From the NCBI GenBank assembly GCA_000004985.1, contig GG738939.1: DNA of 51,393 nucleotides; one strand, 5' to 3'. Made by a program: the position numbers and the translations under genes. The DNA comes from Naegleria gruberi (Eukaryota). Numbering within the stretch: position 1 is the first letter of the stretch; the number at the start of each line of letters is the position of its first letter. Shown one piece after another: positions 1-10,400 of this stretch. The notes under the pieces are model-generated. The model was not told the origin of the DNA. It saw only the letters and a program-made list of their open reading frames with translations, and ran no database searches.

Positions 1-424
1 CAAACCCAAACCGCGAACCCAAACCCAAACCCAAACCCAAACCCAAACCCAAACCCAAACCCAAACCCAAACCCAAACCCAAACCCAAACCCAAACCCAA
101 ACCCAAACCCAAACCCAAACCCAAACCCAAACCCAAACCCAAACCCAAACCCAAACCCAAACCCAAACCCAAACCCAAACCCAAACCCAAACCCAAACCC
201 AAACCCCCAAACCCAAACCCAAACCCAAACCCAAACCCAAACCCAAACCCAAACCCAAACCCAAACCCAAACCCAAACCCAAACCCAAACCCAAACCCAA
301 ACCAAACCCAAACCCAAACCCAAACCCAAACCCAAACCCAAACCAAAACCCAAACCCAAACCCAAACCCAAACCCAAACCCAAACCCAAACCCAAACCCA
401 AACCAAAACCCAAACCCAAACCCA
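1..424 (+). repeat. Telomeric repeat array, (CCCAAA)n of about 70 units; G-strand TTTGGG lies on the minus strand, the orientation expected for a left chromosome end
   Basis: Seen directly: near-perfect hexamer CCCAAA repeated from nt 1 to 424. Variant units occur at 11-14 (GCGAAC), about 205 (CCCCCAAA), about 301 (CCAAA), and about 345 and 405 (CCAAAA). The array starts at the window edge and the C-rich strand reads 5'->3' inward, as at a left telomere. Confidence 0.9.
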
Positions 425-445
425 GAACTAAAAATAGAATTCTTC

Positions 446-476
446 TAAACCCAACCTTCAAACCCTAGCCCAAAAT
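446..476. repeat. Degenerate telomere-like repeats in the telomere to subtelomere transition
   Basis: ctaaacccaaccttcaaaccctagcccaaaa: decayed CCCAAA/CCCTAAA-like units immediately proximal to the perfect array. Confidence 0.5.
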
Positions 477-3400
477 TATAAAATTATTCAAATATTATTA
501 AATTTTATATCATTCGATTGCAAATCATGAGTAGAACAACGTGGTATATTTAGTTTTTCAATTTATAAAATATTAACTTTGTAAATAGTGTCAGATTAAA
601 ATTGTTAAAATGAAACCATAGGAAGAATGATAATTTCAAAATCCTTTAATGAGATTATATAGTCAATATCATCGTTAACAATATTCATAATCACTTTCAT
701 ATAAAATTTCAAAAGTTCATGTCTGTAGATATAAAAGTATAGAGTGAAAAGGGAAGTTGTGAGGTACAATAGGTCAACTATAACTTTTGAGTTTCTCATC
801 TAAACATATTGAATCCTGACATGAAAATGTTCCATTTGATGAGTACATATCGAATATCAAATTTATTTTAACTTTCATATTTACAGATTTCTTCCCTCAA
901 CCATCATGGTCAACTATGATGAAAAGGATGAAATCTTGAAAAAGAACCACCTATTGAAACTTTACCATAATAATTTAGATGATATATAATGATATAGAAT
1001 TTAATTTCATGTACTNNNNNNNNNNNNNNNNNNNNNNNNNNNNNNNNNNNNNNNNNNNNNNNNNNNNNNNNNNNNNNNNNNNNNNNNNNNNNNNNNNNNN
1101 NNNNNNNNNNNNNNNNNNNNNNNNNNNNNNNNNNNNNNNNNNNNNNNNNNNNNNNNNNNNNNNNNNNNNNNNNNNNNNNNNNNNNNNNNNNNNNNNNNNN
1201 NNNNNNNNNNNNNNNNNNNNNNNNNNNNNNNNNNNNNNNNNNNNNNNNNNNNNNNNNNNNNNNNNNNNNNNNNNNNNNNNNNNNNNNNNNNNNNNNNNNN
1301 NNNNNNNNNNNNNNNNNNNNNNNNNNNNNNNNNNNNNNNNNNNNNNNNNNNNNNNNNNNNNNNNNNNNNNNNNNNNNNNNNNNNNNNNNNNNNNNNNNNN
1401 NNNNNNNNNNNNNNNNNNNNNNNNNNNNNNNNNNNNNNNNNNNNNNNNNNNNNNNNNNNNNNNNNNNNNNNNNNNNNNNNNNNNNNNNNNNNNNNNNNNN
1501 NNNNNNNNNNNNNNNNNNNNNNNNNNNNNNNNNNNNNNNNNNNNNNNNNNNNNNNNNNNNNNNNNNNNNNNNNNNNNNNNNNNNNNNNNNNNNNNNNNNN
1601 NNNNNNNNNNNNNNNNNNNNNNNNNNNNNNNNNNNNNNNNNNNNNNNNNNNNNNNNNNNNNNNNNNNNNNNNNNNNNNNNNNNNNNNNNNNNNNNNNNNN
1701 NNNNNNNNNNNNNNNNNNNNNNNNNNNNNNNNNNNNNNNNNNNNNNNNNNNNNNNNNNNNNNNNNNNNNNNNNNNNNNNNNNNNNNNNNNNNNNNNNNNN
1801 NNNNNNNNNNNNNNNNNNNNNNNNNNNNNNNNNNNNNNNNNNNNNNNNNNNNNNNNNNNNNNNNNNNNNNNNNNNNNNNNNNNNNNNNNNNNNNNNNNNN
1901 NNNNNNNNNNNNNNNNNNNNNNNNNNNNNNNNNNNNNNNNNNNNNNNNNNNNNNNNNNNNNNNNNNNNNNNNNNNNNNNNNNNNNNNNNNNNNNNNNNNN
2001 NNNNNNNNNNNNNNNNNNNNNNNNNNNNNNNNNNNNNNNNNNNNNNNNNNNNNNNNNNNNNNNNNNNNNNNNNNNNNNNNNNNNNNNNNNNNNNNNNNNN
2101 NNNNNNNNNNNNNNNNNNNNNNNNNNNNNNNNNNNNNNNNNNNNNNNNNNNNNNNNNNNNNNNNNNNNNNNNNNNNNNNNNNNNNNNNNNNNNNNNNNNN
2201 NNNNNNNNNNNNNNNNNNNNNNNNNNNNNNNNNNNNNNNNNNNNNNNNNNNNNNNNNNNNNNNNNNNNNNNNNNNNNNNNNNNNNNNNNNNNNNNNNNNN
2301 NNNNNNNNNNNNNNNNNNNNNNNNNNNNNNNNNNNNNNNNNNNNNNNNNNNNNNNNNNNNNNNNNNNNNNNNNNNNNNNNNNNNNNNNNNNNNNNNNNNN
2401 NNNNNNNNNNNNNNNNNNNNNNNNNNNNNNNNNNNNNNNNNNNNNNNNNNNNNNNNNNNNNNNNNNNNNNNNNNNNNNNNNNNNNNNNNNNNNNNNNNNN
2501 NNNNNNNNNNNNNNNNNNNNNNNNNNNNNNNNNNNNNNNNNNNNNNNNNNNNNNNNNNNNNNNNNNNNNNNNNNNNNNNNNNNNNNNNNNNNNNNNNNNN
2601 NNNNNNNNNNNNNNNNNNNNNNNNNNNNNNNNNNNNNNNNNNNNNNNNNNNNNNNNNNNNNNNNNNNNNNNNNNNNNNNNNNNNNNNNNNNNNNNNNNNN
2701 NNNNNNNNNNNNNNNNNNNNNNNNNNNNNNNNNNNNNNNNNNNNNNNNNNNNNNNNNNNNNNNNNNNNNNNNNNNNNNNNNNNNNNNNNNNNNNNNNNNN
2801 NNNNNNNNNNNNNNNNNNNNNNNNNNNNNNNNNNNNNNNNNNNNNNNNNNNNNNNNNNNNNNNNNNNNNNNNNNNNNNNNNNNNNNNNNNNNNNNNNNNN
2901 NNNNNNNNNNNNNNNNNNNNNNNNNNNNNNNNNNNNNNNNNNNNNNNNNNNNNNNNNNNNNNNNNNNNNNNNNNNNNNNNNNNNNNNNNNNNNNNNNNNN
3001 NNNNNNNNNNNNNNNNNNNNNNNNNNNNNNNNNNNNNNNNNNNNNNNNNNNNNNNNNNNNNNNNNNNNNNNNNNNNNNNNNNNNNNNNNNNNNNNNNNNN
3101 NNNNNNNNNNNNNNNNNNNNNNNNNNNNNNNNNNNNNNNNNNNNNNNNNNNNNNNNNNNNNNNNNNNNNNNNNNNNNNNNNNNNNNNNNNNNNNNNNNNN
3201 NNNNNNNNNNNNNNNNNNNNNNNNNNNNNNNNNNNNNNNNNNNNNNNNNNNNNNNNNNNNNNNNNNNNNNNNNNNNNNNNNNNNNNNNNNNNNNNNNNNN
3301 NNNNNNNNNNNNNNNNNNNNNNNNNNNNNNNNNNNNNNNNNNNNNNNNNNNNNNNNNNNNNNNNNNNNNNNNNNNNNNNNNNNNNNNNNNNNNNNNNNNN

Positions 3401-6400
3401 NNNNNNNNNNNNNNNNNNNNNNNNNNNNNNNNNNNNNNNNNNNNNNNNNNNNNNNNNNNNNNNNNNNNNNNNNNNNNNNNNNNNNNNNNNNNNNNNNNNN
3501 NNNNNNNNNNNNNNNNNNNNNNNNNNNNNNNNNNNNNNNNNNNNNNNNNNNNNNNNNNNNNNNNNNNNNNNNNNNNNNNNNNNNNNNNNNNNNNNNNNNN
3601 NNNNNNNNNNNNNNNNNNNNNNNNNNNNNNNNNNNNNNNNNNNNNNNNNNNNNNNNNNNNNNNNNNNNNNNNNNNNNNNNNNNNNNNNNNNNNNNNNNNN
3701 NNNNNNNNNNNNNNNNNNNNNNNNNNNNNNNNNNNNNNNNNNNNNNNNNNNNNNNNNNNNNNNNNNNNNNNNNNNNNNNNNNNNNNNNNNNNNNNNNNNN
3801 NNNNNNNNNNNNNNNNNNNNNNNNNNNNNNNNNNNNNNNNNNNNNNNNNNNNNNNNNNNNNNNNNNNNNNNNNNNNNNNNNNNNNNNNNNNNNNNNNNNN
3901 NNNNNNNNNNNNNNNNNNNNNNNNNNNNNNNNNNNNNNNNNNNNNNNNNNNNNNNNNNNNNNNNNNNNNNNNNNNNNNNNNNNNNNNNNNNNNNNNNNNN
4001 NNNNNNNNNNNNNNNNNNNNNNNNNNNNNNNNNNNNNNNNNNNNNNNNNNNNNNNNNNNNNNNNNNNNNNNNNNNNNNNNNNNNNNNNNNNNNNNNNNNN
4101 NNNNNNNNNNNNNNNNNNNNNNNNNNNNNNNNNNNNNNNNNNNNNNNNNNNNNNNNNNNNNNNNNNNNNNNNNNNNNNNNNNNNNNNNNNNNNNNNNNNN
4201 NNNNNNNNNNNNNNNNNNNNNNNNNNNNNNNNNNNNNNNNNNNNNNNNNNNNNNNNNNNNNNNNNNNNNNNNNNNNNNNNNNNNNNNNNNNNNNNNNNNN
4301 NNNNNNNNNNNNNNNNNNNNNNNNNNNNNNNNNNNNNNNNNNNNNNNNNNNNNNNNNNNNNNNNNNNNNNNNNNNNNNNNNNNNNNNNNNNNNNNNNNNN
4401 NNNNNNNNNNNNNNNNNNNNNNNNNNNNNNNNNNNNNNNNNNNNNNNNNNNNNNNNNNNNNNNNNNNNNNNNNNNNNNNNNNNNNNNNNNNNNNNNNNNN
4501 NNNNNNNNNNNNNNNNNNNNNNNNNNNNNNNNNNNNNNNNNNNNNNNNNNNNNNNNNNNNNNNNNNNNNNNNNNNNNNNNNNNNNNNNNNNNNNNNNNNN
4601 NNNNNNNNNNNNNNNNNNNNNNNNNNNNNNNNNNNNNNNNNNNNNNNNNNNNNNNNNNNNNNNNNNNNNNNNNNNNNNNNNNNNNNNNNNNNNNNNNNNN
4701 NNNNNNNNNNNNNNNNNNNNNNNNNNNNNNNNNNNNNNNNNNNNNNNNNNNNNNNNNNNNNNNNNNNNNNNNNNNNNNNNNNNNNNNNNNNNNNNNNNNN
4801 NNNNNNNNNNNNNNNNNNNNNNNNNNNNNNNNNNNNNNNNNNNNNNNNNNNNNNNNNNNNNNNNNNNNNNNNNNNNNNNNNNNNNNNNNNNNNNNNNNNN
4901 NNNNNNNNNNNNNNNNNNNNNNNNNNNNNNNNNNNNNNNNNNNNNNNNNNNNNNNNNNNNNNNNNNNNNNNNNNNNNNNNNNNNNNNNNNNNNNNNNNNN
5001 NNNNNNNNNNNNNNNNNNNNNNNNNNNNNNNNNNNNNNNNNNNNNNNNNNNNNNNNNNNNNNNNNNNNNNNNNNNNNNNNNNNNNNNNNNNNNNNNNNNN
5101 NNNNNNNNNNNNNNNNNNNNNNNNNNNNNNNNNNNNNNNNNNNNNNNNNNNNNNNNNNNNNNNNNNNNNNNNNNNNNNNNNNNNNNNNNNNNNNNNNNNN
5201 NNNNNNNNNNNNNNNNNNNNNNNNNNNNNNNNNNNNNNNNNNNNNNNNNNNNNNNNNNNNNNNNNNNNNNNNNNNNNNNNNNNNNNNNNNNNNNNNNNNN
5301 NNNNNNNNNNNNNNNNNNNNNNNNNNNNNNNNNNNNNNNNNNNNNNNNNNNNNNNNNNNNNNNNNNNNNNNNNNNNNNNNNNNNNNNNNNNNNNNNNNNN
5401 NNNNNNNNNNNNNNNNNNNNNNNNNNNNNNNNNNNNNNNNNNNNNNNNNNNNNNNNNNNNNNNNNNNNNNNNNNNNNNNNNNNNNNNNNNNNNNNNNNNN
5501 NNNNNNNNNNNNNNNNNNNNNNNNNNNNNNNNNNNNNNNNNNNNNNNNNNNNNNNNNNNNNNNNNNNNNNNNNNNNNNNNNNNNNNNNNNNNNNNNNNNN
5601 NNNNNNNNNNNNNNNNNNNNNNNNNNNNNNNNNNNNNNNNNNNNNNNNNNNNNNNNNNNNNNNNNNNNNNNNNNNNNNNNNNNNNNNNNNNNNNNNNNNN
5701 NNNNNNNNNNNNNNNNNNNNNNNNNNNNNNNNNNNNNNNNNNNNNNNNNNNNNNNNNNNNNNNNNNNNNNNNNNNNNNNNNNNNNNNNNNNNNNNNNNNN
5801 NNNNNNNNNNNNNNNNNNNNNNNNNNNNNNNNNNNNNNNNNNNNNNNNNNNNNNNNNNNNNNNNNNNNNNNNNNNNNNNNNNNNNNNNNNNNNNNNNNNN
5901 NNNNNNNNNNNNNNNNNNNNNNNNNNNNNNNNNNNNNNNNNNNNNNNNNNNNNNNNNNNNNNNNNNNNNNNNNNNNNNNNNNNNNNNNNNNNNNNNNNNN
6001 NNNNNNNNNNNNNNNNNNNNNNNNNNNNNNNNNNNNNNNNNNNNNNNNNNNNNNNNNNNNNNNNNNNNNNNNNNNNNNNNNNNNNNNNNNNNNNNNNNNN
6101 NNNNNNNNNNNNNNNNNNNNNNNNNNNNNNNNNNNNNNNNNNNNNNNNNNNNNNNNNNNNNNNNNNNNNNNNNNNNNNNNNNNNNNNNNNNNNNNNNNNN
6201 NNNNNNNNNNNNNNNNNNNNNNNNNNNNNNNNNNNNNNNNNNNNNNNNNNNNNNNNNNNNNNNNNNNNNNNNNNNNNNNNNNNNNNNNNNNNNNNNNNNN
6301 NNNNNNNNNNNNNNNNNNNNNNNNNNNNNNNNNNNNNNNNNNNNNNNNNNNNNNNNNNNNNNNNNNNNNNNNNNNNNNNNNNNNNNNNNNNNNNNNNNNN

Positions 6401-6499
6401 NNNNNNNNNNNNNNNNNNNNNNNNNNNNNNNNNNNNNNNNNNNNNNNNNNNNNNNNNNNNNNNNNNNNNNNNNNNNNNNTTCAATGAACAAATGTGGTA

Positions 6500-7075
6500 T
6501 CATGAATTTCTGCATATCCTCCTTGATGAGATTGAGGCTCCCTTCAATTGTTTGATCTCTTCTGTATTAATTTTTGTAAAGGTAGTGGAGGATAAACTTG
6601 TGCAATCTTGTGTAATTTGTAACTCGTCTCCAAGTGCTAGATCACAACTAGAATCATAGATCACATACATTGTTTTAAAATTTTCTGGTTTGGTAACAAT
6701 GGAATGTAATTGCACTTTACGACTGGCAAGGTACTTGTCAACTACCACAAATTGAGAGTCTTTCTTGAGTTGTTCTGGTAAACTGTTTTGAAGAGCTGAC
6801 TTGTTCTCAGTTGTTTGGGAATGATTAATATTCAAATCAGAGTCTTTCTTGAGTTTGTTTGTAAGAGATGACTCTGACTTGTTCTCTGCACGGAAAGGAT
6901 GTTTCCTTCCTTTACTTTTCTTTTTTAAAACTTGGAAACCTTTAGAATCATCATCTGATGTTATGAAATCTTCATCAGTAGAAGGAGGAGCAACATTTTC
7001 TTGCTTGTGAGAAGAAGTGGATTCTATTTCTTGATCGTTATCGCTTGTGAGTAGGTTGAAACTGTTGAAAGACAT
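6500..7075 (-). CDS. Hypothetical protein, 191 aa, Ser/Asp/Lys-rich and low-complexity, with no recognisable domain
   Basis: Genuine ATG at 7075..7073 (revcomp ATGTCTTTCAAC) and TGA stop at 6502..6500. Complete ORF in visible sequence. Divergent from the gene at 7244 with a 168-bp spacer. Confidence 0.5.
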   Translation of the reverse strand: MSFNSFNLLTSDNDQEIESTSSHKQENVAPPSTDEDFITSDDDSKGFQVLKKKSKGRKHPFRAENKSESSLTNKLKKDSDLNINHSQTTENKSALQNSLPEQLKKDSQFVVVDKYLASRKVQLHSIVTKPENFKTMYVIYDSSCDLALGDELQITQDCTSLSSTTFTKINTEEIKQLKGASISSRRICRNS

Positions 7076-7243
7076 TCGAAACTATTTTGTTAATTGTGTG
7101 TAAAGATGTTGTTGTTGTATTTTTTTGTAACAAGTACTTAAAAAGAAAGTGAAAATTCATGATTATTTATTATCATCCTCGATGAAACAAATTCCTACTT
7201 GTTGAATTAAGGCAAGGGTATTTGCAAAAATACAAATAAAAAA

Positions 7244-7465
7244 ATGTCCAAACATGTTTCCTCAAGCAACAGCACTAAGGTACCAAGAACTCAAGAAATA
7301 AAAAGAGAAAAGAACAAAGAATCCGACGATGAGGAAATCAAAATTGAAGAAAAGCTTCAACAACAGGAATACCAATTGTTGTCATCATCCAATACATTAA
7401 ATAGCAAAATGAGAAGAGAAGGCTCTGTGATGGTTTATGAAAGTTTTTACACATCAGAAAATAAT
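7244..7465 (+). CDS. 5' end of a protein-coding gene (N-terminal 74 aa: MSKHVSSSNSTKVPRTQEIKREKNKESDDEEIKIEE...), continuing into the masked block
   Basis: ATG at 7244 in an A-rich context (aaaaaaaATGtcc). The open frame runs to the mask edge at 7465. The product is charged and low-complexity, with no recognisable domain in the visible part. Confidence 0.4.
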
Positions 7466-10400
7466 NNNNNNNNNNNNNNNNNNNNNNNNNNNNNNNNNNN
7501 NNNNNNNNNNNNNNNNNNNNNNNNNNNNNNNNNNNNNNNNNNNNNNNNNNNNNNNNNNNNNNNNNNNNNNNNNNNNNNNNNNNNNNNNNNNNNNNNNNNN
7601 NNNNNNNNNNNNNNNNNNNNNNNNNNNNNNNNNNNNNNNNNNNNNNNNNNNNNNNNNNNNNNNNNNNNNNNNNNNNNNNNNNNNNNNNNNNNNNNNNNNN
7701 NNNNNNNNNNNNNNNNNNNNNNNNNNNNNNNNNNNNNNNNNNNNNNNNNNNNNNNNNNNNNNNNNNNNNNNNNNNNNNNNNNNNNNNNNNNNNNNNNNNN
7801 NNNNNNNNNNNNNNNNNNNNNNNNNNNNNNNNNNNNNNNNNNNNNNNNNNNNNNNNNNNNNNNNNNNNNNNNNNNNNNNNNNNNNNNNNNNNNNNNNNNN
7901 NNNNNNNNNNNNNNNNNNNNNNNNNNNNNNNNNNNNNNNNNNNNNNNNNNNNNNNNNNNNNNNNNNNNNNNNNNNNNNNNNNNNNNNNNNNNNNNNNNNN
8001 NNNNNNNNNNNNNNNNNNNNNNNNNNNNNNNNNNNNNNNNNNNNNNNNNNNNNNNNNNNNNNNNNNNNNNNNNNNNNNNNNNNNNNNNNNNNNNNNNNNN
8101 NNNNNNNNNNNNNNNNNNNNNNNNNNNNNNNNNNNNNNNNNNNNNNNNNNNNNNNNNNNNNNNNNNNNNNNNNNNNNNNNNNNNNNNNNNNNNNNNNNNN
8201 NNNNNNNNNNNNNNNNNNNNNNNNNNNNNNNNNNNNNNNNNNNNNNNNNNNNNNNNNNNNNNNNNNNNNNNNNNNNNNNNNNNNNNNNNNNNNNNNNNNN
8301 NNNNNNNNNNNNNNNNNNNNNNNNNNNNNNNNNNNNNNNNNNNNNNNNNNNNNNNNNNNNNNNNNNNNNNNNNNNNNNNNNNNNNNNNNNNNNNNNNNNN
8401 NNNNNNNNNNNNNNNNNNNNNNNNNNNNNNNNNNNNNNNNNNNNNNNNNNNNNNNNNNNNNNNNNNNNNNNNNNNNNNNNNNNNNNNNNNNNNNNNNNNN
8501 NNNNNNNNNNNNNNNNNNNNNNNNNNNNNNNNNNNNNNNNNNNNNNNNNNNNNNNNNNNNNNNNNNNNNNNNNNNNNNNNNNNNNNNNNNNNNNNNNNNN
8601 NNNNNNNNNNNNNNNNNNNNNNNNNNNNNNNNNNNNNNNNNNNNNNNNNNNNNNNNNNNNNNNNNNNNNNNNNNNNNNNNNNNNNNNNNNNNNNNNNNNN
8701 NNNNNNNNNNNNNNNNNNNNNNNNNNNNNNNNNNNNNNNNNNNNNNNNNNNNNNNNNNNNNNNNNNNNNNNNNNNNNNNNNNNNNNNNNNNNNNNNNNNN
8801 NNNNNNNNNNNNNNNNNNNNNNNNNNNNNNNNNNNNNNNNNNNNNNNNNNNNNNNNNNNNNNNNNNNNNNNNNNNNNNNNNNNNNNNNNNNNNNNNNNNN
8901 NNNNNNNNNNNNNNNNNNNNNNNNNNNNNNNNNNNNNNNNNNNNNNNNNNNNNNNNNNNNNNNNNNNNNNNNNNNNNNNNNNNNNNNNNNNNNNNNNNNN
9001 NNNNNNNNNNNNNNNNNNNNNNNNNNNNNNNNNNNNNNNNNNNNNNNNNNNNNNNNNNNNNNNNNNNNNNNNNNNNNNNNNNNNNNNNNNNNNNNNNNNN
9101 NNNNNNNNNNNNNNNNNNNNNNNNNNNNNNNNNNNNNNNNNNNNNNNNNNNNNNNNNNNNNNNNNNNNNNNNNNNNNNNNNNNNNNNNNNNNNNNNNNNN
9201 NNNNNNNNNNNNNNNNNNNNNNNNNNNNNNNNNNNNNNNNNNNNNNNNNNNNNNNNNNNNNNNNNNNNNNNNNNNNNNNNNNNNNNNNNNNNNNNNNNNN
9301 NNNNNNNNNNNNNNNNNNNNNNNNNNNNNNNNNNNNNNNNNNNNNNNNNNNNNNNNNNNNNNNNNNNNNNNNNNNNNNNNNNNNNNNNNNNNNNNNNNNN
9401 NNNNNNNNNNNNNNNNNNNNNNNNNNNNNNNNNNNNNNNNNNNNNNNNNNNNNNNNNNNNNNNNNNNNNNNNNNNNNNNNNNNNNNNNNNNNNNNNNNNN
9501 NNNNNNNNNNNNNNNNNNNNNNNNNNNNNNNNNNNNNNNNNNNNNNNNNNNNNNNNNNNNNNNNNNNNNNNNNNNNNNNNNNNNNNNNNNNNNNNNNNNN
9601 NNNNNNNNNNNNNNNNNNNNNNNNNNNNNNNNNNNNNNNNNNNNNNNNNNNNNNNNNNNNNNNNNNNNNNNNNNNNNNNNNNNNNNNNNNNNNNNNNNNN
9701 NNNNNNNNNNNNNNNNNNNNNNNNNNNNNNNNNNNNNNNNNNNNNNNNNNNNNNNNNNNNNNNNNNNNNNNNNNNNNNNNNNNNNNNNNNNNNNNNNNNN
9801 NNNNNNNNNNNNNNNNNNNNNNNNNNNNNNNNNNNNNNNNNNNNNNNNNNNNNNNNNNNNNNNNNNNNNNNNNNNNNNNNNNNNNNNNNNNNNNNNNNNN
9901 NNNNNNNNNNNNNNNNNNNNNNNNNNNNNNNNNNNNNNNNNNNNNNNNNNNNNNNNNNNNNNNNNNNNNNNNNNNNNNNNNNNNNNNNNNNNNNNNNNNN
10001 NNNNNNNNNNNNNNNNNNNNNNNNNNNNNNNNNNNNNNNNNNNNNNNNNNNNNNNNNNNNNNNNNNNNNNNNNNNNNNNNNNNNNNNNNNNNNNNNNNNN
10101 NNNNNNNNNNNNNNNNNNNNNNNNNNNNNNNNNNNNNNNNNNNNNNNNNNNNNNNNNNNNNNNNNNNNNNNNNNNNNNNNNNNNNNNNNNNNNNNNNNNN
10201 NNNNNNNNNNNNNNNNNNNNNNNNNNNNNNNNNNNNNNNNNNNNNNNNNNNNNNNNNNNNNNNNNNNNNNNNNNNNNNNNNNNNNNNNNNNNNNNNNNNN
10301 NNNNNNNNNNNNNNNNNNNNNNNNNNNNNNNNNNNNNNNNNNNNNNNNNNNNNNNNNNNNNNNNNNNNNNNNNNNNNNNNNNNNNNNNNNNNNNNNNNNN

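Noticed and set aside
605-799. 64-aa minus-strand ORF in the subtelomeric spacer
   Set aside because: Short, Ile/Asn/Tyr-rich as expected from AT-rich noise. No start context, domain or partner exon. Not called.
907-990. 27-aa ORF MVNYDEKDEILKKNHLLKLYHNNLDDI preceded by a tttacag acceptor-like site
   Set aside because: Too short, no donor site before the stop, and no similarity to anything.
975-6555. ORFs in the track of 1825-1858 aa spanning 975-6555 on both strands
   Set aside because: They consist entirely of N translated as X across the 1016-6479 masked block. They are not real ORFs. The same applies to 7244..30877, 7437..30926, 39974..43816, 39996..43829, 45838..49995, 45908..50011 and 45915..49976, except for their short unmasked ends, which were evaluated separately.
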